Source of the DNA: an uncultured Porphyromonadaceae bacterium
GTDB lineage: Bacteria; Bacteroidota; Bacteroidia; Bacteroidales; Muribaculaceae
Assembly (NCBI GenBank): GCA_902491515.1
Contig: CABUIC010000009.1
Span: 486-64,485 of the forward strand
Length of the DNA: 64,000 nucleotides
Direction: 5' to 3'
This document shows positions 9,443 through 20,500 of the stretch, in pieces. Each line of letters starts with the position of its first letter. The first letter of the stretch is position 1. Below the pieces are notes generated by a model, which saw only the letters and a program-made list of their open reading frames with translations, was not told where the DNA came from and did not search any database. The position numbers were made by a program, and so were the translations under genes.

Positions 9443-10074
9443 CAGAGGGAATTTTCGAAGGGCGTGCGGTTCAGCAGAGAGCGCCCGAGAGTGACTTCGT
9501 CGGTGAACTCAAGGTCGTTGCCGACGGCGACGCCGCGTGCCAGTTGGGTTATTTTAACATTTTTGAGCGCCACACCCGGCTCTGAAAGGCGGCGGAAGAT
9601 GTAATAGTTGGTTGTGTCGCCCTCCATCGTGGCGCTGAGAGCGAGAATAACCTCCTCGACCTCTCCGGAGCGGACGCGCCCGACAAGGGAATCTATTTCC
9701 AGCATGTCGGGTCCGACGCCGTCGATGGGGGAAATCAGACCGCCGAGAACGTGATAGACTCCGTCGAACTGACCTGTAGCCTCGAAGCGCATGACGTCGC
9801 GGACGTTCTCCACGACGCAGACAGCGGAACGCCGCCGCGAGGGAGAGGCACAGATTGGGCATATGTCCGTCTCGGAGATGTTGTGGCAGACGCTGCAATA
9901 GCGGATGTTCTTTCGGAAATCGATAAGAGCCTGGCCGATTTCGACGGCAACGTTCTCGGGACGCCTCAGGAGATGGAATGCGAGACGCAGGGCGGTCCGC
10001 TGCCCCACCCCCGGGAGGCGCGACAGGGCCGAGACGGCATTGTTGAGAAGCGTAGAGGAAAATTCCTGTTCCAT
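9442..10074 (-). CDS. recR: Recombination protein RecR
   Basis: HhH motif LSRLPGVGQRTALRLAFHLL, C4 zinc finger CSVCHNISETDICPIC and Toprim region. ATG at 10074 (MEQEF) preferred over the TTG at 10089. Confidence 0.85.
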   Translation of the reverse strand: MEQEFSSTLLNNAVSALSRLPGVGQRTALRLAFHLLRRPENVAVEIGQALIDFRKNIRYCSVCHNISETDICPICASPSRRRSAVCVVENVRDVMRFEATGQFDGVYHVLGGLISPIDGVGPDMLEIDSLVGRVRSGEVEEVILALSATMEGDTTNYYIFRRLSEPGVALKNVKITQLARGVAVGNDLEFTDEVTLGRSLLNRTPFENSL

Positions 10075-10090
10075 TCCGCAAAGGTACAAA

Positions 10091-10750
10091 TTAAAATTTA
10101 TACCCGAGGTTAATCTGGAATGAATTTCTGCGCTGGGTCATTTCGTTGTGAAGAGAGGGGAACTTTCTGATGGGCGTCATGGCCACTCCGAAGCTCACAC
10201 CGAGAACATAATGGTCGCTCCACGTAAGCTTCAGACCGAACCCCCATTGGGCGTCGACCCTCTTGAAGCCCTCGCGGAAAAGGTTGGCGTTGTAGTACTT
10301 CTCGAATGGCGAGCCGGGAGCGGGACTGAGTGTCTGCCGCGCGGAGACATTGACGTTTAGCCACGGGCCGGTGTAGGCCTGAAGGACAAGGTTGGTGACA
10401 AGGGGAACGGTGTATCCGAAATTGAGCGGAATCCTTACGCCCCAGTTCCGCGCGGAGCCGCTGTAAAGTTTCAGAGCCTCAAGACGGTCGTTGTCGACGC
10501 TCCAGGCCGTGAAATATGCGAGCATGCCCGGCTCGAAGAAAAAGTTCCGCGGAAGCCGGACATTGGCGAAGACTCCGGCATTGAACCCGGCGCCGACATC
10601 ATAGAAAGGACGGACCCCGGTGTTGGAAGTGACATCGAAGGCAAGCTGTGCCTCGAAGGTGACAGGCGCGGGCTTCTCCGCTTCCTGCGCCCGGAGACTG
10701 ACGGCGCCTAAAACCAGCGCCGGGACTAAAATTATCGCACGGATATTCAT
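10091..10750 (-). CDS. Outer-membrane beta-barrel protein, hypothetical
   Basis: Signal peptide MNIRAIILVPALVLGAVSLRAQ, amphipathic strands and C-terminal aromatic residue (..LGYKF). Confidence 0.45.
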   Translation of the reverse strand: MNIRAIILVPALVLGAVSLRAQEAEKPAPVTFEAQLAFDVTSNTGVRPFYDVGAGFNAGVFANVRLPRNFFFEPGMLAYFTAWSVDNDRLEALKLYSGSARNWGVRIPLNFGYTVPLVTNLVLQAYTGPWLNVNVSARQTLSPAPGSPFEKYYNANLFREGFKRVDAQWGFGLKLTWSDHYVLGVSFGVAMTPIRKFPSLHNEMTQRRNSFQINLGYKF

Positions 10751-10806
10751 ACGGCAGTTTTTTATCAGGATTGATAAAAATTAAACGAGCCGGGGTGCGA
10801 AAGGGT

Positions 10807-11868
10807 TCAGAAACCGACGTTGTAACGGTCGAAAACAGCCTTGGCGCGGGCCACGAAGTCATTCCGGCGTCCCCGCCATGCGGGAGGCACAAGGCTGTCG
10901 GCGTCCGCGGGGACGACACGGAAGCCGGTGCCCGCGGGATTGCCGGCAGGCACAGTGAAGAGAAGGCGGAAATCGCCCCCGTCGACGCGCGCCACTCCGT
11001 CGGCTCCGCGGTGGAGCCTCACCCGGGCAAGAAGCCCACCCCGGGTGTCCGCGGTCTTCATGTTGGAAATGAAATTGCCGAGACTCCATGCCAGAAAAAT
11101 CTTCTTGTGGGGATAATAGCGATTGTCCCGGAACTCGAGGGGCTGGACCACGTGGGGATGGCCCCCTATGATAATGTCCACACCGAGGTTCTCGAGGAAA
11201 TCGGCTGTGGCGCGCTGGGAGGCATTCGGCGTCAGGCGGTATTCGTCGCCCCAATGGATGCAGACACAGACAATCTCCGCGCCGGCAACCCTCGAAGCTG
11301 CGATGTCCGCGGCCATTTTGCGGCGGTCGATGTAGTCCACGACCACGCCGTCGCCCGGCACGATTCCGTTGGTGCCGTAGGTATAGTTGAGGAATGCGAC
11401 CTTGATGCGGTTTATGTCCTTGACCAGAGGGAGGACCGAGCGGCGCTCTGCGGCGTTGCGGTAGGTGCCGACATGGTCGAGCTTTCTGCGGTCGAGGGAG
11501 TCGAGGGTGGCTCTCAGCCCGCGGTTGCGCCGGTCGAGCGTGTGGTTGTTGGCTGTAAGGAACAGGTCGAAACCCGCGTCGGCGAGCGCGTCGGCCCATG
11601 CCGCCGGGGCGTTGAAACAGGGATATCCCGTGTGTGGAGCCTCCCCGAGAGGCGTCTCGAGATTGGCCACGGCATAGTCCGCGCCCTCGACAAGGGTCTG
11701 AAGGTCAGCGAAGCAGCCCGAGTAGTCCCACTGTCCGGCGCCGCGCCTGGCGTCGTCAATCTGGGCCTGATGCTGCATTGCATCGCCGACGAAAAGCAAT
11801 TCCGCGTCGTCATAGCCCAGCAGCAGAGACAGCAGGTTTATGACGAGCGGAAGGAGCAATGCGGCCAT
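10807..11868 (-). CDS. CapA family protein (poly-gamma-glutamate synthesis / metallophosphoesterase-like)
   Basis: PGA_cap-like metallophosphatase motifs (GDAMQH, GGHPH). Confidence 0.7.
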   Translation of the reverse strand: MAALLLPLVINLLSLLLGYDDAELLFVGDAMQHQAQIDDARRGAGQWDYSGCFADLQTLVEGADYAVANLETPLGEAPHTGYPCFNAPAAWADALADAGFDLFLTANNHTLDRRNRGLRATLDSLDRRKLDHVGTYRNAAERRSVLPLVKDINRIKVAFLNYTYGTNGIVPGDGVVVDYIDRRKMAADIAASRVAGAEIVCVCIHWGDEYRLTPNASQRATADFLENLGVDIIIGGHPHVVQPLEFRDNRYYPHKKIFLAWSLGNFISNMKTADTRGGLLARVRLHRGADGVARVDGGDFRLLFTVPAGNPAGTGFRVVPADADSLVPPAWRGRRNDFVARAKAVFDRYNVGF

Positions 11869-11869
11869 A

Positions 11870-12757
11870 TCAGTCCTTGGCGCGGGCGGCGCGGAGGGTG
11901 TTCTGCATGAGCGAGCAGATCGTCATGGGCCCTACCCCGCCGGGGACAGGAGTGATGTAGGAGCAAAGAGGGGCCACGTTGTCGAAATCGACGTCGCCGC
12001 GGAGGCGGAAGCCGCTCTTGCGGGAGGCGTCGGGAACGCGGGTTGTGCCTACGTCGATAATCACGGCCCCGGCCTTGACCATATCCCGGGTGATGAATCC
12101 GGGGCGGCCGAGGGCTGCGACGAGGATGTCGGCGCGGCGGCAGATGTCGGCGAGGCCTTCGGTTGCGCTGTGGCAGACGGTGACGGTCGCGTCGCCGGGG
12201 TAGCCTTTCTGCATCAGCATGGAGGCGAGAGGCTTGCCGACGATATTGCTGCGGCCCACAATCACGACGTTCTTTCCGCGGGTGGGAATCTCATAACGGC
12301 GGAGAAGCTCGACAATGCCGGCGGGAGTGGCGGAATGGAAACAGGGAAGCCCGACACTCTGCTTTCCGACATTGACGGGGTGGAAACCGTCGACATCCTT
12401 GTCGGGGCGGATAGCCTCGATGACAGCCTGCTCGTCGATGTGCCGCGGGAGAGGGAGCTGGACGATGAATCCGTCCACGTCGGGGTCGTCGTTGAGGCGC
12501 GCGATGGTATCCATCAGTTCCCTGGGGTCGAGAGGAGCCTCCTCGGTGCTTTCAAAGCGGATGAGCGTGCTCTTGAAGCCGCATTCCTCGCAGGCGCGGA
12601 CCTTGTGGGCCACATAGGTCTCGCTTCCACCGTCGTGGCCGACAAGGATGGCGGCCAGATGCGGGCGCCGCTTTCCGGCGGCCACGCGGGCCTCGACTTC
12701 GCGGGCTATCTCGGATTTGATGTCGCTTGAGATTTTTTTACCGTCGATGAGTTGCAT
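11870..12757 (-). CDS. folD: Bifunctional methylenetetrahydrofolate dehydrogenase/cyclohydrolase FolD
   Basis: [17 protein letters not shown]... and [13 protein letters not shown] motifs. Confidence 0.9.
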   Translation of the reverse strand: MQLIDGKKISSDIKSEIAREVEARVAAGKRRPHLAAILVGHDGGSETYVAHKVRACEECGFKSTLIRFESTEEAPLDPRELMDTIARLNDDPDVDGFIVQLPLPRHIDEQAVIEAIRPDKDVDGFHPVNVGKQSVGLPCFHSATPAGIVELLRRYEIPTRGKNVVIVGRSNIVGKPLASMLMQKGYPGDATVTVCHSATEGLADICRRADILVAALGRPGFITRDMVKAGAVIIDVGTTRVPDASRKSGFRLRGDVDFDNVAPLCSYITPVPGGVGPMTICSLMQNTLRAARAKD

Positions 12758-12778
12758 ATGCGTGGGATATGTGTTTGA

Positions 12779-14113
12779 TTACTTTCGGCGCCCCTTCATC
12801 TGGCGCATCATGGCCATGGGATTCTTCATCGTAGTGGCCATGTGCATGACCTTGCGGGTCTGGTCGAACTGCTTGAGGACGCGGTTCACCTCCTGGACCG
12901 ACATGCCGGACCCCTTGGCGATACGCTGGACGCGCGAACCGCGGATCACCTCGGGCTTCTCGCGCTCGAGGGGGGTCATGGAATTGATGATGGCCTCGAT
13001 GCCCTTGAAGGCGTCGTTGCTGATTTCCACGTCCTTGAGGGCTTTGCCCATGCCGGGAATCATCGAAGCGAGATCCTTGAGGTTGCCCATCTTCTTGATT
13101 TGCTGGATCTGTTTGTAGAAATCGTTGAAGGTGAACTGATTCTTGCGGAGCTTGTGGGCCAGCTCCTCGGCCTCCTTCTCGTCGAACTGCTGCTGTGCGC
13201 GCTCGACGAGAGAAACGATGTCGCCCATGCCGAGGATTCGGTCGGCCATTCGGTTGGGGTGGAAGACATCGATGCCGTCGAGGGTCTCGCCCGTGCCGAC
13301 GAACTTGATAGGCTTCCGGACCACCGAGCGGATGGTAAGTGCCGCACCGCCGCGGGTGTCGCCGTCGAGCTTGGTGAGGACAACGCCGTCGAAGTCGAGG
13401 CGGTCGTTGAAGGTCTTGGCCGTATTGACGGCATCCTGACCGGTCATGGCATCCACGACGAAGAGGATTTCAGTGGGATTGACGGCCTTCTTGATGGCCT
13501 CGATTTCGTCCATCATCTGCTCGTCGACGGCGAGACGGCCGGCGGTGTCGACAATCACGAGGTCGTTGTGATTCCGCACGGCGAACTCAATACCTCTCTT
13601 CGCGATAGCCACGGGGTCCTTGACGCCGTCCTCGGTGTAGACATCCACACCGATGCTTTCGGCGAGCACCTTCAGCTGGTCGATTGCGGCGGGACGGTAT
13701 ACGTCGCCTGCCACGAGGAGGGGCCTCATGCTCTTCTCGCTCTTGAGCTTTTTGGCGAGCTTTCCGGTGAAAGTGGTCTTACCGGAGCCCTGAAGGCCGC
13801 TCATGAGAATTACGGAAGGCTTGCCGTCGAGACGCAACTGGGATGCGGTTCCGCCCATGAGCTCGGTGAGCTCGTCATGGACAATCTTGACCATCATCTC
13901 GCCGGGCTTCACGGCCGTGAGCACGTTCTGTCCGAGAGCTTTCTGCTTGACGGTGTCGGTGAAGGTCTTGGCCACCTTATAGTTCACGTCGGCGTCGAGA
14001 AGTGCCCTGCGGACATCCTTGAGGGTTTCGGCGACGTTGATTTCGGTGATGCGTCCTTCGCCTTTCAGCAGTTTGAAACTGCGTTCGAGTCTTTCGCTTA
14101 GTTTTTCAAACAT
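12779..14113 (-). CDS. ffh: Signal recognition particle protein Ffh
   Basis: N, G and M domains. GLQGSGKTTF P-loop and Met-rich C-terminal domain. Confidence 0.9.
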   Translation of the reverse strand: MFEKLSERLERSFKLLKGEGRITEINVAETLKDVRRALLDADVNYKVAKTFTDTVKQKALGQNVLTAVKPGEMMVKIVHDELTELMGGTASQLRLDGKPSVILMSGLQGSGKTTFTGKLAKKLKSEKSMRPLLVAGDVYRPAAIDQLKVLAESIGVDVYTEDGVKDPVAIAKRGIEFAVRNHNDLVIVDTAGRLAVDEQMMDEIEAIKKAVNPTEILFVVDAMTGQDAVNTAKTFNDRLDFDGVVLTKLDGDTRGGAALTIRSVVRKPIKFVGTGETLDGIDVFHPNRMADRILGMGDIVSLVERAQQQFDEKEAEELAHKLRKNQFTFNDFYKQIQQIKKMGNLKDLASMIPGMGKALKDVEISNDAFKGIEAIINSMTPLEREKPEVIRGSRVQRIAKGSGMSVQEVNRVLKQFDQTRKVMHMATTMKNPMAMMRQMKGRRK

Positions 14114-14118
14114 GGGGT

Positions 14119-14472
14119 TCAGTCTTTGAGGGAGTTAGTGGCCGTGTCTGGGAAAATCACGGCGGGGCGGAACGCCCGGGCCTCCTCGGGCGACATCAGG
14201 GCGTAGCTCATTATTATCACGATATCGCCGGGCTGCACGAGGCGGGCGGCGGCGCCGTTGAGGCAGATCACGCCGGAGCCCCTCGGGCCGGGGATGGTGT
14301 AGGTGTCGAGGCGTGCTCCGTTGTTGTTGTTGACGATGTACACGCGCTCGCCGGGCAGTATGTTGGCGGCGTCGAGGAGGTCTTCGTCAATGGTAATGCT
14401 GCCGATATAGTCGAGCCGCGCCTCTGTTACGGTGACGCGGTGGATTTTCGATTTGAGGACCTGAATCTGCAT
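14119..14472 (-). CDS. panD: Aspartate 1-decarboxylase PanD
   Basis: [29 protein letters not shown]; pyruvoyl-precursor GS site. Confidence 0.9.
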   Translation of the reverse strand: MQIQVLKSKIHRVTVTEARLDYIGSITIDEDLLDAANILPGERVYIVNNNNGARLDTYTIPGPRGSGVICLNGAAARLVQPGDIVIIMSYALMSPEEARAFRPAVIFPDTATNSLKD

Positions 14473-14479
14473 CTTTCAA

Positions 14480-15328
14480 TCAGTATCTAATATTGTCGAT
14501 GAGACGCACATCCCCGTCGAAGACTGTGACGCAGCCTACGGCGCCGTTGACGGCTTCGGCCCAGGATGCGACCGGCTGCATTGTCAGTGCGTCGACGATT
14601 TCATAGTACTCCGTTCTCAGGCCGGGGACAGCGTCGATGCGCGCGGTCACCGCCGCCTTGACTTCTGCCGGAGTACGTCCTTCGGCCTTGAGCGCGAGGC
14701 TGTCCACAAGCGCCTTGCGGATTTCCGGAGCGACCTTGCGGCCTTCAGGTGTGAGGCGTACATTGCGGGAGCTGAGTGCGAGGCCGTCGGACTCGCGGAC
14801 TATCGGGCAGTCCACTATGGTGAGGTCCCTGAAGCCTTCGAGCTGTACCATCCGGCGGATGACGGCAATCTGCTGGAAGTCCTTCTCGCCGAAGTACGCG
14901 CGGGTGGGCCTGGCATAGGCGAAAAGCTTGCTGACAATCTGCGCCACGCCGTTGAAATGGCCCGGGCGCATCGCGCCCTCCATCACTTCGGCAACCGGGC
15001 CGAGGTCGAACACACGGGTGTCGGGCTCAGGGTAAATTTCCTCGACAGAGGGCATGAACGCGAAATCCACGCCGCAGGCATCGAGCATAGCGGCGTCCGC
15101 CTCGGCGGTCCGGGGGTAAGTGCGGAGGTCGTCGGGGTTGTTGAACTGCGTAGGATTGACAAAAACACTGACAATGACCACGTCGTTTTCGCGACGTGCA
15201 CGCTCGACGAGCGAGCGGTGACCGGCATGAAGGGCGCCCATAGTGGGCACAAGGCCTATGGTTTTACCTTTTTCGCGTGCGTCCTCGACAACATCCTGAA
15301 GACGCGCTACAGTTTTGATTATTTCCAT
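14480..15328 (-). CDS. panC: Pantoate--beta-alanine ligase PanC
   Basis: VPTMGALHAGHRSL HIGH-like motif. Start set at ATG 15326-15328 (MEIIKT). Confidence 0.9.
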   Translation of the reverse strand: MEIIKTVARLQDVVEDAREKGKTIGLVPTMGALHAGHRSLVERARRENDVVIVSVFVNPTQFNNPDDLRTYPRTAEADAAMLDACGVDFAFMPSVEEIYPEPDTRVFDLGPVAEVMEGAMRPGHFNGVAQIVSKLFAYARPTRAYFGEKDFQQIAVIRRMVQLEGFRDLTIVDCPIVRESDGLALSSRNVRLTPEGRKVAPEIRKALVDSLALKAEGRTPAEVKAAVTARIDAVPGLRTEYYEIVDALTMQPVASWAEAVNGAVGCVTVFDGDVRLIDNIRY

Positions 15329-15402
15329 TTTAAAGACAAGCGCCCGATGGCGCAAGTGATAAACTCCGCAAAATTACACAAATTCCTTCAAATAGCAAAA
15401 TC

Positions 15403-15436
15403 AAAATAGCCGGAGGCCCGGCTATTTTGATTTTTG
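15403..15436. terminator. Bidirectional hairpin terminator (aaaatagccggaggcccggctatttt then T-run)
   Basis: Perfect palindrome flanked by A-run and T-run between panC and the upstream alcohol dehydrogenase gene. Confidence 0.55.
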
Positions 15437-15475
15437 GAATTCAGAGTTGGTGCCCTCCGGACACGGGAGGCGCGG

Positions 15476-16690
15476 TTACTGCCCTACGGTCTTTGCGAGC
15501 ATCAGCTCGTAGATCTGGCGGGTGTCCTCCGCGGTCAGACGGTAATATCCGCCGATGGTCTCGCCCTTGTTCTCATGGAGGCGCCGGGTGAGCTCGTCGA
15601 GGTCCGGGTCCGTGATTCCGAGGGCCTCGAGCGTGAGGGGCATCTTGAGGACAGTGCCGAAGAAAGCCCTCAGGGAGGCGACGGTCTCGATTGCCGCGGT
15701 GCGGTCGTCCTTGGCGTCCACGGCGAAGATGCGCCGGCCGAGCTGGGCGACTTTCGAGGGCTTGTGGTGGGCGATGTAGGCCATCCATGCGGGAAAAACC
15801 ACAGCGAGGCCTGCGCCGTGGGCGACATCCGGGTACTGAGCTGAAATCTCATGCTCCATGGCGTGGGAGGTCCAGTCCTCGCGGCGCCCGCATCCCGTCA
15901 GGCCGTTATGGGCGAGAGTCCCGGCCCATTCTATATTGGCGCGCGCGTGATAGTCGGTGGGATCGCCCATCGCCTTCGGAGCCTCGTTGATCAGAGCCAT
16001 GAGGAGACCTTCGGCGAGGCGGTCGCCGACCTCGACGTTGCTTGTGTTCGAAAAATAACGCTCCATGATGTGGCTCATCATGTCGACGATGCCTGTGGCG
16101 GTCTGCTTTGCGGAGAGGGTGAACGTCAGTTCAGGATTCATGACAGCGAACCTCGGGCGGAGGATGCTGTCGGTGCGCAGGCTGAGCTTGACGTTGTGGC
16201 CGGCGTCCTGTCCGTCGGGCGACTCGAGGGTTATTACGGAATTGCCGGAGGCTTCCGACCCTGACCCGGGGACCGTGAGAAGCACCCCGACGGGGAGCGC
16301 TTCCCTTATCTCGCACTTGCCGGTGTAGAAATCCCAGAAGTCGCCGTCATACTTCGCGCCCGCGGCTATGGCCTTGGCCGTGTCGATGACAGAGCCACCC
16401 CCCACAGCGAGAAGACCGTCGACGCCTTTCGCGCGTGCTATCCTTATGCCCTCGCGGACAAGCGTATCCGTAGGATTCGGGCGAACCCCTCCGAGTTCGA
16501 CATGCTCTATGCCTACCGTGTCGAGGGCGTTTGTGATTCGGTCGAGGAGACCGTTGTTCTTGACAAATTTCTGACCGTATACAATCATCACCTTCGAGGC
16601 TCCCATCATAAAGGTGAGAATACCGGTTTTTTCTTCGGCTCCGCGACCGAACTCGATTAGCGTGGGGCTGTAATACGTAAAGTTTTCCAT
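15476..16690 (-). CDS. Iron-containing alcohol dehydrogenase (butanol dehydrogenase-like)
   Basis: Fe-ADH family signature regions (GGGSVIDTAK, metal-binding His cluster). Confidence 0.8.
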   Translation of the reverse strand: MENFTYYSPTLIEFGRGAEEKTGILTFMMGASKVMIVYGQKFVKNNGLLDRITNALDTVGIEHVELGGVRPNPTDTLVREGIRIARAKGVDGLLAVGGGSVIDTAKAIAAGAKYDGDFWDFYTGKCEIREALPVGVLLTVPGSGSEASGNSVITLESPDGQDAGHNVKLSLRTDSILRPRFAVMNPELTFTLSAKQTATGIVDMMSHIMERYFSNTSNVEVGDRLAEGLLMALINEAPKAMGDPTDYHARANIEWAGTLAHNGLTGCGRREDWTSHAMEHEISAQYPDVAHGAGLAVVFPAWMAYIAHHKPSKVAQLGRRIFAVDAKDDRTAAIETVASLRAFFGTVLKMPLTLEALGITDPDLDELTRRLHENKGETIGGYYRLTAEDTRQIYELMLAKTVGQ

Positions 16691-16864
16691 AAATAAATAG
16701 TGAAATTTACCATTTTAACGGAGCGAAAGCTCAATTTGTTTTATCCCGCAAAAAAAAATTCGCGCGGGAACTATATCGCGCGAGGATTGTTATAAATACA
16801 AAAGGCCCGAAAAGACTGCAAGACATTCAACAAAATAAAAAACAACCCCAAAAACCGTTCAACT

Positions 16865-17428
16865 ATGAAACCTCTCGTAAACCTCACTTATTTAGGCCAG
16901 ACCCGCGCGTGGTGGCTGGTCCTCGCAGTCGGTATACTTCTTGTCTTAGGCGGCTTCGCCTATTGGTTCTGGCCTGCTGCAGGCTTCGCCGTAGCATCCC
17001 AGATTTTCGGCTGGCTGCTAATACTTGCCGGCATCGTGCAGCTGTGCGTGGCGGCCGGTCCGCACCACGGTAAAGGCTGGGGCTGGTGGCTTGCCGGCGG
17101 CATCATCGACATGTTCATCGGCTTCATGCTCGTGCGCTCGATTATCCTGAGCGAGGCTGTGTTCCCCTACTTCCTTGCCATCATCTTCATCTTCTGGGGC
17201 GCCGAAGGCCTTATTGCCGCATGCTGCCGCACGAACAGAAAGTACTGGTGGCTCGGACTTATCAACGGAATCCTTCTCTGCCTCATCGGATGCTTCTTCC
17301 TTGAAGCCGGCTACGTGAGCGACATGATGATGGTTTCGTTCCTCACCTCCATCGCCTTCATCTACTGGGGCTTCACCCTTGCGATTGCCTCCTACGAGAT
17401 GAAACCCACCGAGTCCGAGGACAAGTAA
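16865..17428 (+). CDS. HdeD/DUF308 family membrane protein
   Basis: Repeated short TM helices with GWLLILAGIVQL / GIIDMFIGFMLV pattern characteristic of DUF308. Confidence 0.55.
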   Translation: MKPLVNLTYLGQTRAWWLVLAVGILLVLGGFAYWFWPAAGFAVASQIFGWLLILAGIVQLCVAAGPHHGKGWGWWLAGGIIDMFIGFMLVRSIILSEAVFPYFLAIIFIFWGAEGLIAACCRTNRKYWWLGLINGILLCLIGCFFLEAGYVSDMMMVSFLTSIAFIYWGFTLAIASYEMKPTESEDK

Positions 17429-17451
17429 CCCCTCCTCAGCTAACGAATAAG

Positions 17452-17494
17452 AATCCGCGCAGCCCCTCCCGGGGACGCGCGGATTCCCTTTTTT
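17452..17494 (+). terminator. Rho-independent terminator (aatccgcgc...gcgcggatt plus T-run)
   Basis: 9-bp stem followed by TTTTTT after the stop of the 16865..17428 CDS. Confidence 0.6.
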
Positions 17495-17546
17495 AACCTA
17501 TTCTATCTTTGATACCTTATCTTTTTCTATCTTTGATACCTTATCT

Positions 17547-20500
17547 TCAGTTCATGCACTTGATTGTGCGGGATATTCCGGAGCCGTCGGGGGCGACAGC
17601 CGTCAGGGTGGCGAGATACATACCGGCGGGGAGCGCAGGGAAGCTGTACTGCGCAATGGTAGCTGAATCACCGGCAACCGGTATTTCCGCAAGGACAGCG
17701 CCGCGGAGGTCGCGGACGGTAATGAGCGCGCGGGACGCTCCTGCGGGAAGGGCGACGTCGAAAAGGCCGGTGACTTTTGAATGGGTAAAGACTATGCCCG
17801 GAGCGGCGAACGCACCGTCGGAAAGGCTCGTTGTGGAGCTGATGGAGAGGGTCTCGTTCTTGTCGGAATCGACGGATGCCTTGATTCTGAGAGTCATGTC
17901 GGGCGCGAGGTAGAACGCATCAGCTCCGGCAGCGTCAAAGGCCTCCAGAGAAGCGCACGGCGCAAGCGAGCGGCCTGAAGCTGTTGTGACAGCCGCTACC
18001 GGCCGGGGATAGGACGGAATCACGAATGTATACGTCCGCGTGGGCGGCATCCCTGCGTATGAGCCTGAGTTTTCAATCCTGATGTCATGCCCGGAGGAGG
18101 AATTGCGTCCCTCGAAGGCAGTGAGAAGACACTCGCCCGAGTCGAGTGTGCCCGTCGACTTTCGGTCGTCGTCGAAGAGCTCGGAGCGGCTGAGCTCGGC
18201 ATCCTTGTCGATAAGATAAGTGACGGTAATGCGGGAATTGTCGATTTCGCCGGTGCTGGAGAAGCTTGTCTGGGTAAAAGTGGGGATGAATGCGCCGAGG
18301 CGTCCGAAATGGGGAAGGGTCTCGAGCGGGGCGTCGTAGGCGACGGTCGAACCGCCGGCGTAGACCCTGGACATATCGTTGAGGTCGACCCACGAGCCCT
18401 GCGGGAAAGTGATGTCGCGTCTGTAGGTGTTGACGGTCAGAACGGGAGCGACGAGAATGTCGCGGCCCCAAAGATACTCGTCCTTGCAGTCGGCGGGAGA
18501 GGCCGGAAGGCCCTGCCTGTCGTGGAAATTAACCGGGCGTGCGAGCGGGGTGCCCTTGAGGGCGTTCTCCCGCGCAAGGGTGTAGGTATAGGGGAGGTAG
18601 CTGTAGTGCATCCCTATATACTTCTTCACTGCGGGGAAAACCTCGGCGTAGCAGTCGAGATGTGGTTCGGGGCTCATGGTGGAATGGGTGCGCATGACCG
18701 AGGAGAAAGTCGCGGCCTGAATCCAGCGGAGGTAGAGCCATGTGTCGATGCCCGAGGCCGCGAATCCGCCGATGTCGTTGCCCATGTATGCCACGCCGGA
18801 CATTCCTGCGCTGAGAAGGGCCGGCACCTGCGCCTCGAGCCCCTTGTACGAGCGGGCGATGTCGCCTGTCCAGGGGAATGCGGAATAGCGCTGCATCCCG
18901 GAGGTTCCCGCACGCGGCATGATGAAGGGGCGCACGTCGGGGAAATCTTCCTTGAATCCGCGGTAGACACGTGCGGTCCAGAGGTCGCCGAACTCGTTGT
19001 GAATCTGACTTACGGTTCCTCCGGCGTGGCGGCTGTCCTCGTCGTGGCGCTCAGGCTCCCCGAGGTCGAGCCACCATCCGGCCACGCCTTCCCGCGTGCG
19101 TTCCTTATAGAAATTCCACATCCAGTCCATGGCGTCGGGGTTGGAGGCGTCGATAAGTCCGGTTTTCGGAGCGCCAAGCCATTCCATGCCCGCCACGTCC
19201 TCGTCGGCGAAATATCCGAGAGTCCGCAGCGTCTCATAGTTGGAGGAGACCGAGGTGAAGAAGGGTTCGGTGATGCAGATGGTCTTTACGCCGCGGGCAT
19301 CGAAGGCTGACATCATTCCGGCGGGGTCGTCGAACTTCGGGGCGTACCAGTCGAGATTGCCCATCCCGTTGTTTCGCTCGCCCTGCCAGTAGAGATCAAA
19401 GACAATTCCGTCCAGAGGAAGACCGGCGTTCTTGATGCCGTCGACAATTTCCTCGGCCTCCTGGCGGGAATGGTATCCGTAGCGGGAGGTCAGGTATCCC
19501 AGCGCCCAGTAAGGGGGCAGTTCCTGACGTCCGGTAAGGAAAGTGTAGTTCTCGAGAACGGATGCCATTCCGCCGTCGGCACTTCCGATAAAATAGTAAG
19601 CCACGGGGTTGAGGCTCTCGGTTGAGAACTTCGTTCCTTCCGAGGATGAGGGACTGATGCGGGCGTGGCGGTAGTGGTCGTCGAAGTATAGACCGTAGCC
19701 CGAGGCGGAAACGATGAAGGGGATGCAGATGTTGTGGGGAGCGCTCCATGTTGCGTCCCAGCCGCCGGTCTGCGTATTGTTCATGTAGAGGACGGAACCA
19801 TCGTGGTCGATGCGCTGGCCGTTGTAGCCGCCGCCGTAGAAAGCGGCGTCGCCCATGCCTTCGAATGTGGCCCGTCGCGGACGGGAGCTGTTGTCGAGGC
19901 CTCCCTTCTCGCGCAGAACGAGGCGCCCGGAAGGGTCGCGGAAGGAAATGCGGCCGTCGACCTTGGCGACATCTACGCGAAGGGCCGGGGTCGAGAGGGT
20001 GACGGCGACGTCGCTCTCGGAGACGTCGGGGGTGCCCACAGGAGAGGCGCAGACGCTGATGGAGCGGCGTTCTCCCTCGGTCATGCCTGCGGGACGGGTG
20101 AAGACCTTGACCACCATGTCGTTGAAAAGCGTGAGCTCGAGTGTGCCGTATTCGGCCTCGACAAAGAGGGTGTGCCCTTCGGTACGCCAGGACTTCACCG
20201 GGCCAAGAGCGGTGGCATCGGAAAGAGCTACAATGGAGATGGACTTGTCGGAGAGGTTGACCGTCACGTTATATACACCCTCGGAATCGATTGTCCACTG
20301 GCGGTCGTCGGTGGAGTCCTCGGAGACTCGCGAGGAATCGGAGGGGTCGCGGAAATAGAATTTCTGCTCGTTGTAGCCGCCGTAGCAATTCGTGGCAATC
20401 TTGAATTTGCCGGGAGAGAGTGATACACGGGCAGAGAATATGAAGGGGTCCGAGGGCGACTGCGCCAGCGGGAGAGCTTCGCCGAGCATCCAGCGGCCGG

